Numbered from the stretch's first letter, positions 8,348 to 18,671 are shown. The stretch: DNA of 64,000 bases from Solirubrobacterales bacterium (GCA_038199375.1 JBBPZA010000123.1:4228-68227), one strand, 5' to 3'. Notes: generated by a model not told the origin, from the sequence alone. Made by a program: numbers and translations.

Positions 8348-9634
8348 TCATGCTCTCTCTACCCCGTGGTCCAGCGGGACACCCGCTCCGCTGATGGCCT
8401 CGACAACTCCGTTCAGCGCGGCGACATCGTGGCCGCTGACCAGCGCATCACAGTGGGGGAGGGCCGCCGCCATCCCTCCGGCGAGCGGTGCGAACCCCCG
8501 CGCCGCGCTGCGCGGGTTGACCCAGACGATGCGGTGGGCCAGGCGGGCAAGCCGCTCCATCTCGATCCCCAGACGCGCGGGGTCGTCGCGCTCCCAGCCG
8601 TCGGAGAGGACGACTACCACGGCGCCCCGAGCCAGCCCGCGTCGCCCGAAGCGATCGTTGAAGGCGCCCAGCGCCGCGCCTATGCGCGTGCCTCCCGACC
8701 AGTCCGGCGCCGCCTGCGCCGCTCGCCGGATGGCCACTTCGGGCCGCCCGTCACGTAGCTCGCGGGTGATGCGCGTCAGCCGCGTGGAAAAGACGAACAC
8801 CTCGGCGCTCGCGCCGCCCGCCGCCCCCTGCGCCAGCTGCACCAGAGCTCGTGCGTAGGGCTCCATGGAGCCCGAGACATCGCAGATCAGCACCAGCCGG
8901 CGAGGCCGCTCGCGCCGGCGCCGGCGCGTGAGGCGCACCGGGTCGCCCCCGGTGCGCAGGCTGCGGCGCATCGTCCTGCGCAGGTCTGCCCGTGTGCCTC
9001 GGCGGTGGCGCCGCGTCCGGCGCGCCCGGCGCAGCGGCGGCGCCAGGGCGAGCGCCTGACCCAACTCCCGAACCCGCTCGACCTCCGCGGCGCTGAGCGC
9101 AGCGAGGTCGCGATGGGAGAGCCGCTCCCGGCTGCTCGCCACGGCCAGGATCGCCTCTCGGCCCGCCGGCGTGCCCCCGGCGCGGTCGGCGGAGGCGAGC
9201 GCTTGGAGGAGCGTAGGGGCGCTCTGACCTGCGGCCTCGCGCGGGGGCGGCGGAGGGTCGGTCGCCTCGTGCGCCGGGCGCCCGGCCCGGGCGGGAGCCG
9301 GCGCCCTCGGGTCTCCGCGCGCGTCCGCCGGGTCACGGGCGTCGTCGAAGAGGGCGCGGAAGGTCGCGTCGAAGGCGGAGAGCTGGTCGCGAGCCGAGAG
9401 GAGCGTCACCCGGGCGATCCAGTAGAGCTCCGAACGCCCTCTGGGCGCGGTGAGGGAAAGCGCCTCGGCGAGCCGAGCGGAGCGCTCGGGCGTGACGGGC
9501 ACGCCGACGACATGCAACCGCCGCGCGAGGGCGACCGCGAAGCGAGGGAGATCGACAAGCAGCCCGCCTGGGGTGGCCGCGCGCGTGGCCGCGCCCGCAG
9601 CGCTCCACCCGGCGCGACCGGCGCCCTCAGCCAC
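8348..9634 (-). CDS. coxE: CoxE, VWA-domain CODH maturation protein
   Basis: VWA MIDAS motif LVLICDVSGSM. Sits downstream of coxD, and its start overlaps the coxD stop by 8 nt. Confidence 0.85.
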   Translation of the reverse strand: MAEGAGRAGWSAAGAATRAATPGGLLVDLPRFAVALARRLHVVGVPVTPERSARLAEALSLTAPRGRSELYWIARVTLLSARDQLSAFDATFRALFDDARDPADARGDPRAPAPARAGRPAHEATDPPPPPREAAGQSAPTLLQALASADRAGGTPAGREAILAVASSRERLSHRDLAALSAAEVERVRELGQALALAPPLRRARRTRRHRRGTRADLRRTMRRSLRTGGDPVRLTRRRRRERPRRLVLICDVSGSMEPYARALVQLAQGAAGGASAEVFVFSTRLTRITRELRDGRPEVAIRRAAQAAPDWSGGTRIGAALGAFNDRFGRRGLARGAVVVVLSDGWERDDPARLGIEMERLARLAHRIVWVNPRSAARGFAPLAGGMAAALPHCDALVSGHDVAALNGVVEAISGAGVPLDHGVERA

Positions 9635-10550
9635 CGCCGGCCTCGACCAGCCAGCCCATGCCGCGCTCGCGCACGAGCTCCTGGTCCTCGCGGTACTTCA
9701 CGATCGAGCCGAGCGTCCGCTCGGCCGCTCCGGCGTCCAGCCGCGTAACTCCGAGGAGCTCGAGCGCGGCGACCCAGTCGATCGCCTCGGCGATGCCGGG
9801 CGGCTTCTGGAGCTCGCCGCCGCGCAGCCGCTGCACGGCCGCGGAAACCTGGACGGCGAGGGTCTGCGAGCTCCCGGGCACCCGGCGGCGCACGATCTCG
9901 ACCTCGCGCTCAGCCGGCGGATAGTCGATCCAGTGGTACATGCAGCGCCGCTTGAGCGCGTCGTGCAGGTCGCGCGTGCGGTTGGAGGTGAGCACGACCG
10001 CGGGCGGATGGGTCGCCCGAATGGTCCCCAGCTCGGGGATCGTCACGCTGGCCTCGGCCAGCAGCTCGAAGAGGAAGGCCTCGAAGTCGTCGTCGGCCCG
10101 GTCGAGCTCGTCGACCAGAAGCACCGCCGGCAGCGGCCCCGGATGGGTGATCGCCCGCAGGAGCGGTCGGTGGATGAGGAAGTCCTCCGCGAAGAGCTCC
10201 TCCTCGCGAAGCTCGGCGTGGCGGGCCTCGGCGAGGCGGATCCCGAGCAGCTGGCGGGGGTAGTTCCACTCATACAGGGCTTCGGCGGCGTCGATGCCCT
10301 CGTAGCACTGCAGGCGGATCAGCGGCGTGTCGAGCACGCGGGCAAGCGCCTTGGCTCCTTCTGTCTTGCCCACCCCGGCCTCTCCCTCGAGCAGCAGCGG
10401 CTGGGGCAGCCGGACGCTGAGGAACAGCGCGGTCGCCAGGCCGTCGTCGGCCAGGTAATCGACGTCGTCGAGCCGGGCGCGGAGCGTCTCGATGTCGGGC
10501 ACGCGCCGGGCCACCTCGGCGCCGGCGCCCGCCCGGGCGGGCGCGGTCAC
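9627..10550 (-). CDS. coxD: CoxD, MoxR-class AAA+ ATPase for CODH maturation
   Basis: Walker A LLEGEAGVGKTE, Walker B LLVDELDRA, and LIRLQCYEGIDAAEALYEWNY typical of MoxR/CoxD. GTGA overlap with the upstream gene at 10547-10550. Confidence 0.9.
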   Translation of the reverse strand: MTAPARAGAGAEVARRVPDIETLRARLDDVDYLADDGLATALFLSVRLPQPLLLEGEAGVGKTEGAKALARVLDTPLIRLQCYEGIDAAEALYEWNYPRQLLGIRLAEARHAELREEELFAEDFLIHRPLLRAITHPGPLPAVLLVDELDRADDDFEAFLFELLAEASVTIPELGTIRATHPPAVVLTSNRTRDLHDALKRRCMYHWIDYPPAEREVEIVRRRVPGSSQTLAVQVSAAVQRLRGGELQKPPGIAEAIDWVAALELLGVTRLDAGAAERTLGSIVKYREDQELVRERGMGWLVEAGGG

Positions 10551-11221
10551 GAGCCGCGCGCGCCGCTTGGGGAGGCAAGGGCCGAGTGAGGGCGGCGCCG
10601 GTCGTCGCGCCCTGCGCCGCTGCCTGCTCCGGCGAGCACCGCCTCGTAGTCGGCCCAGGTGTCGACGTCGAGGGGCACCGGCCCGGGCACGGGCACCTCG
10701 ACGACGGCCTCGCCGAGCCCGTCCATGAGCCTCCAGACGCCCTTGTCGCCGTGAAGGCGGGAGAGGTCGTCGAAGAGCGCCGGTCCGAAGGCAAGCGGAT
10801 GGCCGCGGCCATCGTCGTAGCGGCTGACGGCCATGGGCGCCTCCCCGCGCCCGGCGAGCAGCGCGCTGACGGTCGCCGCGCTAACGCCGGGCTGGTCGCC
10901 GAGCATGAGCACGAGCACCTCGCAGCGTGGGTCGAGCCCCTCGATCGCCGCGGCGATCGAGGAAGAGCAGCCGCCCCGGTAGTCGCGGGCGACCACGACC
11001 TCGGCGCCGGCCAGATCGACCCGCTTGCGCACGTCGTCCTCCGCGCCGCCGAGCGCGACGAGGAACTGGTCGAACGAGCACTCGCGTGCGGTCGCGAGGA
11101 CGTGGTCGAGCAGCGTGACGCCGCGGTAGGCGAGCAGCTGCTTGGGCTGACCGAGCCGCCTGGAGGCGCCCGCCGCCAGGACCAGCCCCGAGGCGAACGG
11201 CCTAGACCGCCGCAGTTGCAT
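10547..11221 (-). CDS. MobA-like NTP transferase (molybdenum cofactor cytidylyl/guanylyl-transferase family)
   Basis: LVLAAGASRRLGQPKQLL N-terminal nucleotide-binding motif and MLGDQP motif. Sits between the XdhC-like gene and coxD, as in actinobacterial cox clusters. Confidence 0.8.
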   Translation of the reverse strand: MQLRRSRPFASGLVLAAGASRRLGQPKQLLAYRGVTLLDHVLATARECSFDQFLVALGGAEDDVRKRVDLAGAEVVVARDYRGGCSSSIAAAIEGLDPRCEVLVLMLGDQPGVSAATVSALLAGRGEAPMAVSRYDDGRGHPLAFGPALFDDLSRLHGDKGVWRLMDGLGEAVVEVPVPGPVPLDVDTWADYEAVLAGAGSGAGRDDRRRPHSALASPSGARGS

Positions 11222-12107
11222 ACCGCGCGGGATCCTGCTCGAACGTTCGCCGGCAGTGGTCGCAGCAGAAGTAGAACCTTCCCCCCGAGTGCTCGACGTG
11301 CGGGGAGAGATCGCTCGCCGCGACGGTCATGCCACAGACGGGGTCGACGGAGGTGGCGGATGGCACGGCATTGCCGCCCGGGTCGGACGGCACGACCTGG
11401 CCGGCGCGCGAGGCCACCAGCTCGGCGAGGATCGACAGGGCGATCTCCTCGGGCGTGCGCGCGCCGATGTCAAGGCCCGCCGGCGTGCGCAGGCGGTTGA
11501 GGCCGTCGGGGGCGAGGTCCAGCGCTTGGACCACGGCGGCGCCGCGCTTGTGGCTGGCCACCAGGCCGACGTAGGGCACGTCGCTCTCTAGCGCCACCCG
11601 CAGGGCGTCCTCCTCCCCGCGCCCGTGCGAGGCGACGATCACCGCCACGTCGTCGACGTGCACCGCCTCCAAGGCAGCGACGGGCTCGACGTCGAACCCG
11701 ACGCGGGTTCCGAGCTCGGCGAGCGCCATCGCGATCGGCGTGTCGCCGACCACCACGACGCGCGCGGCGGGCAGGCGCGGCTCGAGGAAGATCTCCAGGC
11801 CCCCGCCGCTGAGGCACGGGTTGGGGACGGTCACCGCGCCCTCGGTCGCCCCCTCCTCGCCGCTGCCCGGCAGGATCCGCAGCAGGAGCGGCTCGCCGGT
11901 CTCGAGCACGCGCAGGCCGTGCAGGCGCACGCTGGCCTCCGCGCACGTGCCGCCGACGAACCCCTCGATGCTCCCGTCGGCCAGGACCAGCGCCGCGTCG
12001 CCAGGGCGCACGCTGGTCGGTCGCTGCGCGCGCACCACGGTCGCCTGCACGAAGGGCACGCGGTCGCCGGCCAGCGCCCCCGCGCGACGGGCAAGCTCGA
12101 CGCCCAT
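11202..12107 (-). CDS. XdhC/CoxI-family Mo-enzyme maturation factor with C-terminal YHS (TRASH-like) metal-binding domain
   Basis: Internal ATG at 12107 (MGVELARRAG...), 2 nt after the coxL stop. FVQATVVRAQRPTSVRPGDAALV...GFVGGTC is the XdhC N-domain. VVVGDTPIAMALAELG is the Rossmann-like domain. The C-terminus DPVCGMTVAASDLSPHVEHSGGRFYFCCDHCRRTFEQDPARY is the YHS motif. Confidence 0.8.
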   Translation of the reverse strand: MGVELARRAGALAGDRVPFVQATVVRAQRPTSVRPGDAALVLADGSIEGFVGGTCAEASVRLHGLRVLETGEPLLLRILPGSGEEGATEGAVTVPNPCLSGGGLEIFLEPRLPAARVVVVGDTPIAMALAELGTRVGFDVEPVAALEAVHVDDVAVIVASHGRGEEDALRVALESDVPYVGLVASHKRGAAVVQALDLAPDGLNRLRTPAGLDIGARTPEEIALSILAELVASRAGQVVPSDPGGNAVPSATSVDPVCGMTVAASDLSPHVEHSGGRFYFCCDHCRRTFEQDPARYATAAV

Positions 12108-12109
12108 GC

Positions 12110-14494
12110 TCACGCCGGCGGCTCCGCGCGGCCCTGCATCGCGGCCCACACCCGCGAGGGCGTGCACGGCATGTCCACGTGCTTGACGCCGAGCGGGGAG
12201 AGCGCGTCGACCACCGCGTTGACGATCGCGGGGGGCGAGCCCACGTTGGAGGACTCTCCGACGCCCTTGGCCCCGATCGGATGGTGGGGCGAGGGGACGA
12301 CGGTCTCGCCCAGCTCCCAATCGGGGCACTCCATCGAGGTCGGCACAAGGTAGTCCATGAACGTGCCGCTCAGGCAGTTGCCCTCCTCGTCGAAGGCGAT
12401 GTGCTGCATCAGCGCGATGCCCAGGCCCTCGGCCAGCCCGCCGTGGATCTGGCCCTCGACGATCATCGGGTTGATCCGCACCCCGCAGTCGTCGACCGAG
12501 ATGAAGCGGCGCACGTGGACCTCGCCGGTGCCTTCATCGATGTCCAACACGCAGATGTAGGCGCCGTAGGGGTAGGTCAGGTTCGGCGGGTCGTAGACGG
12601 CCTCGGCGTCGAGGTGGCCCTCGACGCCTTCGGGCAGCTCGAGCGCGCCATGGGAGGCGAGCGCCAGTTCTTGGATTGTCTGGCCCTTCTCGGGGTCGCC
12701 CTTGATAAACCAGCGGCCCTTCTCCCACTCGAGGTCCTCGGGCGAGGCCTCCAGGGCGGCGGCGGCGATCAGGCGCGCCTTGTCGCGCACCTTGCGGGCC
12801 ACCATCGCGGTCGCCGCGCCCGACACGGGCGTCGAGCGGCTGCCGTAGGTGCCCAGGCCGAACGGCGTCTGGTCGGTGTCGCCGTGGACGACCTCGATGT
12901 CCTCGGGCGGAATGCCGAGCTCCTCGGCGACGATCTGGGCGAACGTCGTCTCGTGGCCCTGGCCCTGGGTCTTGACCGAGATCCGCAGGACCGCCTTTCC
13001 CGTGGGGTGCAGGCGCAGCTCGGCGCCGTCAGCCATGCCCAGGCCCGCGATGTCCATGTCCTTGCGCGGGCCGGCGCCGACCGTCTCGGTGAAGAACGAG
13101 ACGCCGATCCCCATGAGCTTTCCGTCCCCCTCGCCGGCGCCGTGGGCCCGGCGCCGTTGCGCCTGCTCGCGGAGCAGCTCGTCGTAGCCGGCGATCCGCA
13201 TCGCCTCCCGCATCGCGGCCGGGTAGTCGCCGCTGTCGTAAACCCAGCCGGTCTTGGTGGTGTAGGGGAACTGCTCGGGCCTGATGAAGTTCTTCATCCG
13301 CAGCTCGACCGGGTCGATCTCCATCTCGTCGGCGAGCAGGTCGACCATGCGCTCGACGAGATAGGCGGCCTCCGTGACCCGGAAGGAGCACCGGTAGGCC
13401 ACGCCCCCGGGGGCCTTGTTGGTGTAGGCCCCGATCACCCTGCAGTGCGCCGCCTCGAGGTCGTAGGAGCCGGTGAAGATGTGGAAGAACCCGGCCGGGT
13501 ACTTGCTCGGCTGCGCGGTGGCATTGAACGCTCCGTGATCGGCGAGCGTGGTCACGCGCAGCGCGCGGATCTTTCCGTCGCGGTCGGCGGCGATCTCGCC
13601 GCGCATGATGTAGTCGCGGGCAAAGCCGGTCGAGGTGAGGTTCTCCGAGCGGTCCTCCATCCACTTGATCGGCTTGCCGGTCACGATCGAGCCGACGATC
13701 GCGCACACGTAGCCCGGGTAGATCGGGACCTTGTTGCCAAAGCCCCCGCCGATGTCGGGCGCGATGACCTGGATCTTGTGCTCGGGCAGCCCGGCCACGA
13801 GCGCGTAGAGGGTGCGGTGGGCGTGGGGCGCCTGGGTCGTGCACCACAGCCGCAGCTTGCCGGTGACCCCGTCGTGGTCGGCCACTGCCCCGCAGGTCTC
13901 CAGCGGCGCGGGATGCACGCGCTGGAACGGGATCTCCTGGGTGACCACGACGACGTCGGCGTCGTCGAAGACGCGGTCGGTCTCATCGGAGTCTCCGGCC
14001 TCCCAGTCGAAGATGTGGTTGTCGGTGCGCCCCTCCTGGTCGTCGCGGATGACCTCGGCGTCGGGCTCGAGCGCCTTGCGGGGGTCGACGATCACCGGCA
14101 GCGGGTCGTACTCGACGTCGACGAGCTCGAGCGCGTCGCGGGCCGCGTAGCGGTCGTCGGCGATCACGAAGGCGACCTCCTGGCCCTGGAAGCGCACCTT
14201 GTCGGTCGCGAGCACGGCCTGGGTGTCGTTCGAGAGGGTGGGCATCCAGGCAAGGCCCTGTTCCTCGAGGTCCGTGCCGGTGATGACCGCGTGGACCTTG
14301 GGATGCGCGAGCGCGGCGGAGGTGTCGATCGAGACGATGCGCGCGTGGGCGAGCGGGCTGCGAAGGACCGCGCCGTGGAGCATGCCCGGCAGCACCAGGT
14401 CATCGACGAAGTTGCCCTGGCCGCGGATGAAGCGCGGGTCCTCCTTGCGCTTGAGCCGGCCGAAGCCGATCGGACGTTCTTCGACAGTGGCCAT
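12110..14494 (-). CDS. coxL: aerobic CO dehydrogenase large (Mo-Cu) subunit, form I
   Basis: ATG at 14494 ([32 protein letters not shown]). The active-site loop [10 protein letters not shown] matches the form I signature AY[RX]CSFR. About 795 aa with molybdopterin-binding domains throughout. Confidence 0.92.
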   Translation of the reverse strand: MATVEERPIGFGRLKRKEDPRFIRGQGNFVDDLVLPGMLHGAVLRSPLAHARIVSIDTSAALAHPKVHAVITGTDLEEQGLAWMPTLSNDTQAVLATDKVRFQGQEVAFVIADDRYAARDALELVDVEYDPLPVIVDPRKALEPDAEVIRDDQEGRTDNHIFDWEAGDSDETDRVFDDADVVVVTQEIPFQRVHPAPLETCGAVADHDGVTGKLRLWCTTQAPHAHRTLYALVAGLPEHKIQVIAPDIGGGFGNKVPIYPGYVCAIVGSIVTGKPIKWMEDRSENLTSTGFARDYIMRGEIAADRDGKIRALRVTTLADHGAFNATAQPSKYPAGFFHIFTGSYDLEAAHCRVIGAYTNKAPGGVAYRCSFRVTEAAYLVERMVDLLADEMEIDPVELRMKNFIRPEQFPYTTKTGWVYDSGDYPAAMREAMRIAGYDELLREQAQRRRAHGAGEGDGKLMGIGVSFFTETVGAGPRKDMDIAGLGMADGAELRLHPTGKAVLRISVKTQGQGHETTFAQIVAEELGIPPEDIEVVHGDTDQTPFGLGTYGSRSTPVSGAATAMVARKVRDKARLIAAAALEASPEDLEWEKGRWFIKGDPEKGQTIQELALASHGALELPEGVEGHLDAEAVYDPPNLTYPYGAYICVLDIDEGTGEVHVRRFISVDDCGVRINPMIVEGQIHGGLAEGLGIALMQHIAFDEEGNCLSGTFMDYLVPTSMECPDWELGETVVPSPHHPIGAKGVGESSNVGSPPAIVNAVVDALSPLGVKHVDMPCTPSRVWAAMQGRAEPPA

Positions 14495-14496
14495 GC

Positions 14497-14994
14497 TCAG
14501 CTCTCCTCGGTCGTGGCGCCGGCCGTCGCGGCGGGGTGCTCGGCCGCCCAGCGGATCGACTTGACGATGTTCGTATACCCCGTGCAGCGACAGAGCTGAC
14601 CCGAGATCGCCCGTCTTATCGTGTCGTCGGAGGGATCGGGATCCTGGTCGAGCAGGGCCCGGGCGGTGAGCATCATGCCCGGCGTGCAGAAGCCGCACTG
14701 AAGGCCGTGCTCCTCGACGAAGCCCTGCTGGACGGGGTCGAGCTCTCCGTCGCGCTCGAGGTCCTCGACGGTGCGGACCTCGCGGCCGCCCGCCATCGCG
14801 GCGAGCCACGTGCACGACTTGACGGGCTTTCCGTCCATGAGCACGACGCAGGCGCCGCAGTTGGAGGTGTCACAGCCCCAGTGGGTCCCGGTCAGCCCGA
14901 GCTCGTCGCGCAGGAAGTGGACGAGCAGAAGCCGCGGCTCGATCTCCCGCGTGACCTCCTCGCCGTTGACGGTCATGGTCACCTGCATGGTCAT
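14497..14994 (-). CDS. coxS: CO dehydrogenase small [2Fe-2S] subunit
   Basis: [14 protein letters not shown]..., with cluster motifs [11 protein letters not shown] and CGFCTPGMM...CRCTGY. ATGA overlap with the coxM stop at 14991-14994. Confidence 0.92.
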   Translation of the reverse strand: MTMQVTMTVNGEEVTREIEPRLLLVHFLRDELGLTGTHWGCDTSNCGACVVLMDGKPVKSCTWLAAMAGGREVRTVEDLERDGELDPVQQGFVEEHGLQCGFCTPGMMLTARALLDQDPDPSDDTIRRAISGQLCRCTGYTNIVKSIRWAAEHPAATAGATTEES

Positions 14995-15866
14995 CCCTCC
15001 TGTCGAAGCGCGCGCTCGACGGCCCTGCGCAGCGCGCGGATCGTCAGCTCGCGCGCCAGATGGCGCTTGTAGTCGGCGGGCCCCCGCTGGTCGTCGGGGG
15101 GCGAGCAGTCCTCGGCGGCCATGTCGCCGGCCTGCGCGAAGAGCTCCTCGGAGGGCGCCTGCCCGCGCAGCGCCTGCTCGGCGCGCTGCGCGCTCTGGCC
15201 GAGCATCCCGACTCCGCTGAGCCCGATGCCCACCTCGGAGAGGGTCGAGCCCTCGAGCCACACCGCGGCTCCGGCGGCGGTGATCGCCCAGTCGCCCGTT
15301 CGCCGCTCGACCTTCTCGTAGGCGCTGGCGCCGTTCGGGCGCAGCGGGAGCCTGATCGCGACGAGCATCTCGCCGTCGCCCACCGAGGTCTCGAAGGGTC
15401 CGTGGTAGAAGCTCGCCATCCCCTCCGTCCGCTCGCCGTCGGCGCCCCTGATGACCACGGCGGCGTCGAGCGCCGTGGCGACCGCCGAGAGGTCCTCGGA
15501 GGGATCGGCCTGGCACAGCGCGCCGCCGGCCGTCCCCCAGTTGCGCACGACCGGGTCGGCGATGATGCGCTCCGCGTCGGCGATGATCGGGAAGCGCCGC
15601 TGGAGCAGCTCTGACTCGAGCAGCTCGCGGTGACGGGTCATCGCGCCGATGCGGACCTCGCCGTCCTCCTCGGAGATGTAGGAGAGCTCGTCGAGGTCGT
15701 TGATGTCGACGAGGTGCTCGGGCGCGGCCATGCGCATCTTCATCATCGGCAGCAGGCTGTGCCCGCCGGCGATGATGCGCGCCTCTGGGCCGAGCTGCCT
15801 GAGGAGCGAGAGCGCGTGCTCCACGCTCGTCGCGCGCTCGTATTCGAACGGTGCGGGGACCTGCAC
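14991..15866 (-). CDS. coxM: CO dehydrogenase medium FAD-binding subunit
   Basis: GTG at 15866 is preceded by [32 protein letters not shown]...[25 protein letters not shown] is the FAD-binding domain 5 pattern. Confidence 0.9.
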   Translation of the reverse strand: MQVPAPFEYERATSVEHALSLLRQLGPEARIIAGGHSLLPMMKMRMAAPEHLVDINDLDELSYISEEDGEVRIGAMTRHRELLESELLQRRFPIIADAERIIADPVVRNWGTAGGALCQADPSEDLSAVATALDAAVVIRGADGERTEGMASFYHGPFETSVGDGEMLVAIRLPLRPNGASAYEKVERRTGDWAITAAGAAVWLEGSTLSEVGIGLSGVGMLGQSAQRAEQALRGQAPSEELFAQAGDMAAEDCSPPDDQRGPADYKRHLARELTIRALRRAVERALRQEG

Positions 15867-16190
15867 GGCGTTCTCCTCTCTCTTCCGGCCAGACGGCGGC
15901 GCCGTGGCGTGGAGGCTTACGTTGCCACCTAAACCTCCGAGGCGCAAGGCTCACCGATCGTAGCCGCGCCATTTGCGCATCCTCCGCTGCGGTCGTAGCA
16001 TCACGACCGTGCCCGGGTGACGCTAGAGAGCGCCCCGACTTCGACTCCGTGTCTCCATCTCCGTCGGCGCCCGCGGGCGGAGAGAAGGCTCACGTGCGCG
16101 TCCGACGCCGGTTGCCCTCGGCGGCGCGCGCGAGCGCCACCTTTTCGGTCCTCCGTCTCTGCGAACGAGCAACGTGAAAGGAAGAGCCGC

Positions 16191-16577
16191 ATGAAGCGTC
16201 ACAACATCGAGTTCCTGTGGGGATGGTTCGACGCGCTACGTCGCCGAGACGCCGAAGCGATGACCGAGGCGCTGGACCCCGACGTCGTCTGGCAGGGAAT
16301 CCGCGAGGACCTGGTCTGTCAGGGCCCCCAGGAAGTCGTCGCCGCCTTCGTCGAGGGCTACGACGCCGACCAAGAGATCGACTCGCTCGAGCTGCTGGGG
16401 ACCGAAACGCACGTCGTCCTGGGCGTCCGCTCCCCCGACCTCGGCGACATCGACGGGATCGACCTCGGCGGCGAGATCTACAACGTCTTCGCCATCTCCG
16501 ACCACAAGATCACCCGGATCGAGGACTACCTCCGGCGGGAAGAGGCGCTGGCCGCGGCAGGGCGGCAGGTGAGCTGA
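16191..16577 (+). CDS. SnoaL/NTF2-like fold protein
   Basis: ATG at 16191 follows GAAAGGAAG. MKRHNIEFLWGWFDALRRRDAEAMTEALDPDVVWQG...VFAISDHKITRIEDY is the typical SnoaL-like layout. Confidence 0.6.
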   Translation: MKRHNIEFLWGWFDALRRRDAEAMTEALDPDVVWQGIREDLVCQGPQEVVAAFVEGYDADQEIDSLELLGTETHVVLGVRSPDLGDIDGIDLGGEIYNVFAISDHKITRIEDYLRREEALAAAGRQVS

Positions 16578-16749
16578 CCTACCCCCAGGGCCCAGCCTCT
16601 GCAGTATCTCCGCGCCAACTGACCGACGCCGGTCGAAGCGCCCACGCCGGCGAAGCCCACCGCCGACTCGTCATCTGACGCCACCGCTTCGCGCGCTGGC
16701 ACACTATGTACGGCTTGGGCGCGAGGTCCGGGCGAGGGGTTCCACGACT

Positions 16750-16962
16750 TTGGCGGATCTAGCGATGCAGCGAAACCAGGCGTCACCCGGGACGCCCGAG
16801 TGGCACCGGCGTGACAACGAGCGCAATGACCGCGCGACCGCCGCGCGCCTTCGCCGCGATGGCGCCAGATCGCTCGGCCGCAATCTCGAGGAAGGGGCCG
16901 CTCTGGTGAAGCTCGGCTTCGACGTTGAGCTCGCATTCAAGCGAGCGCGCGAGACGCGTTGA
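16750..16962 (+). CDS. small basic protein, possible cognate partner of the downstream nucleotidyltransferase
   Basis: 70-codon ORF whose TGA (16960-16962) overlaps the TTG start (16959) of the next gene. No motif recognised. Confidence 0.3.
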   Translation: MADLAMQRNQASPGTPEWHRRDNERNDRATAARLRRDGARSLGRNLEEGAALVKLGFDVELAFKRARETR

Positions 16963-17465
16963 CCGAGTCCCTTGACGCGCCCGCGCTGTTCCGGCGATTT
17001 CACGAGGCTGAGGTGCGCTACGTAGTCGTTGGCGGGTTCGCGGTCATCGCTCACGGTTTTCAGCGGTTCACAAAGGACCTCGATGTCTGCCCGGACCCTG
17101 CGCCCGACAACCTCGCGCGCCTGGCCTCGATGCTTGCCGACCTCGGAGCTCGGCATGCCGGGCTCGGCGACTTCGGACCGGAGGAGTTCCCCTTCGATCC
17201 GACCGATCCGGGTCAGCTCGCCGAAGGCGGCAACTTCCGGCTGGAGACCCCGCTCGGCGACCTCGACGTGATGCAGTGGATCCCGGGGATTCCCGGCGGC
17301 CTGGCCTACGACCACCTCGTTCGTGGCGCGCTGACTGCTCCAGTCCACGGCATCCCGGTCACCGTCTGCTCGCTCCGGGACCTGCGTGAGATGAAGCGGA
17401 CCGCCGATCGTCCGCAGGATCGCATCGACCTCGAAGCGCTCGCCGTGGCGCAGGGCGACGCGTAG
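16959..17465 (+). CDS. minimal nucleotidyltransferase-fold protein (MNT / AbiEii-like family)
   Basis: VVVGGFAVIAHGFQRFTKDLDV fits the NTase G[GS]-x(9-13)-D-x-D motif. About 168 aa, the size typical of TA-associated minimal NTases. Confidence 0.6.
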   Translation: MTESLDAPALFRRFHEAEVRYVVVGGFAVIAHGFQRFTKDLDVCPDPAPDNLARLASMLADLGARHAGLGDFGPEEFPFDPTDPGQLAEGGNFRLETPLGDLDVMQWIPGIPGGLAYDHLVRGALTAPVHGIPVTVCSLRDLREMKRTADRPQDRIDLEALAVAQGDA

Positions 17466-17555
17466 GCCGTACGCCGGGGCGCCGCGCTCAGGCGGCACCG
17501 GGGATGCACGAGTGGCACCGCTGTGACGCTCAAGGCGGTCTAGCTGGGCACACAG

Positions 17556-17621
17556 ACACAGATTTAGACGACCCATAATCTATATTCGTGCTGGCCTGGA
17601 AAATATGTCAGACTGTTCTGG
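17556..17621 (+). promoter_or_regulatory. AT-rich upstream region of the multicopper-oxidase operon (candidate promoter)
   Basis: Local G+C drop (acagatttagacgacccataatctatattcgtgctgg) with -10-like hexamers CATAAT (17574-17579) and TATATT (17581-17586). No convincing -35 or DtxR-type palindrome found. Confidence 0.3.
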
Positions 17622-18671
17622 ATGGCATCTTCGTCGCGGCGGGATTTCTTGCGTGGAGGGGCATTGCTGGGCGCGGCGGGGGGTGCCGTTTTGGCCTCGC
17701 GAGCCCTCGGAACGGCGCCGGCCGGAGCCGAGAATCACGCGGGTATGGGTCAGGGCGGCGTGATGGGGCATGGCGGCGGGGCGACTGGTCCGACGTTTCG
17801 CAAGGGCTCCCGGGTTGATCACCGCGCGAACGGCTTCAACCCCACCGAGTTGCTGCGCGACTTCGATTACGGCAAGACGCGACGCCTGGCCAGCGGGCGG
17901 GTGCTGCGCGAGTGGGAGGTGTTCGCCGCAGACAAGGAGATCGAGGTCGCTCCGGGGATGAAGTTCCCGGCGTGGACGTTTGACGGGCGGATCCCCGGGC
18001 CGACGCTGCGCTGCCGGGAGGGCGAGCGGCTGCGGCTGCGGTTCGTCAACGGCTCAGCGCACCCGCACACCATGCACTTTCACGGCATCCACCCATCAGA
18101 TATGGACGGCGTACCTGGACAGGGTGCGGGCCTCATCCAGCCCGGTCAGAGCACGACGTATGAGTTCGACGCCGAGCCGTTTGGGCTGCATCTCTATCAC
18201 TGCCACGCGGGACCGTTGGCCGAGCACATCGCCCGCGGCATGTACGGCACGTTCATCGTCGATCCCCGTCAGGGGCGCCCGGACGCCGACGAGATGGTCA
18301 TGGTCATGCACGGCTACAACACGAACTTCGACGCCGAGGGCAACCAGCTCTACGCGGTCAACGGCATCCCGTTCCACTACAACGACGAGCCTGTGCGGGT
18401 CAAGCGCGGCGAGCTGGTGCGGATCTACCTCGTCAACGTCCTGGAGTACGACCCCATCAACTCGTTCCACCTGCACGGCAACTTCTTCAACTACTTCCCG
18501 ACCGGCACGAGCCTTCAGCCTGTGCAGCTCACCGACACGATCGCCCAGGTGCAGGGCGAGCGCGGCATCTGCGAGGTGCGCTTCCCGTCTCCCGGCCAGT
18601 TCATGTTCCACGCTCATAAGACGGAGTTCGCCGAGCTCGGCTGGATGGGCCACTTCGAGGTGAGCTCATGA
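17622..18671 (+). CDS. Tat-secreted two-domain multicopper oxidase (NirK-like fold)
   Basis: Twin-arginine signal SSRRDFLRGGALLGAAGG. Copper motifs in order: HPHTMHFHG, HLYHCHAGPLAEHIARGM, FHLHGNFF, FMFHAHKTEFAELGWMGHFEV. A Met/His/Gly-rich stretch GMGQGGVMGHGGG follows the signal. Confidence 0.8.
   Translation: MASSSRRDFLRGGALLGAAGGAVLASRALGTAPAGAENHAGMGQGGVMGHGGGATGPTFRKGSRVDHRANGFNPTELLRDFDYGKTRRLASGRVLREWEVFAADKEIEVAPGMKFPAWTFDGRIPGPTLRCREGERLRLRFVNGSAHPHTMHFHGIHPSDMDGVPGQGAGLIQPGQSTTYEFDAEPFGLHLYHCHAGPLAEHIARGMYGTFIVDPRQGRPDADEMVMVMHGYNTNFDAEGNQLYAVNGIPFHYNDEPVRVKRGELVRIYLVNVLEYDPINSFHLHGNFFNYFPTGTSLQPVQLTDTIAQVQGERGICEVRFPSPGQFMFHAHKTEFAELGWMGHFEVSS

Noticed and set aside
17556-17585. 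DtxR/IdeR-type operator upstream of the multicopper oxidase operon
   Set aside because: I found only a weak 5-bp inverted repeat (AGATT...AATCT, 12-nt spacer). Nothing resembles the 19-bp TTAGGTTAGSCTAACCTAA-type palindrome.
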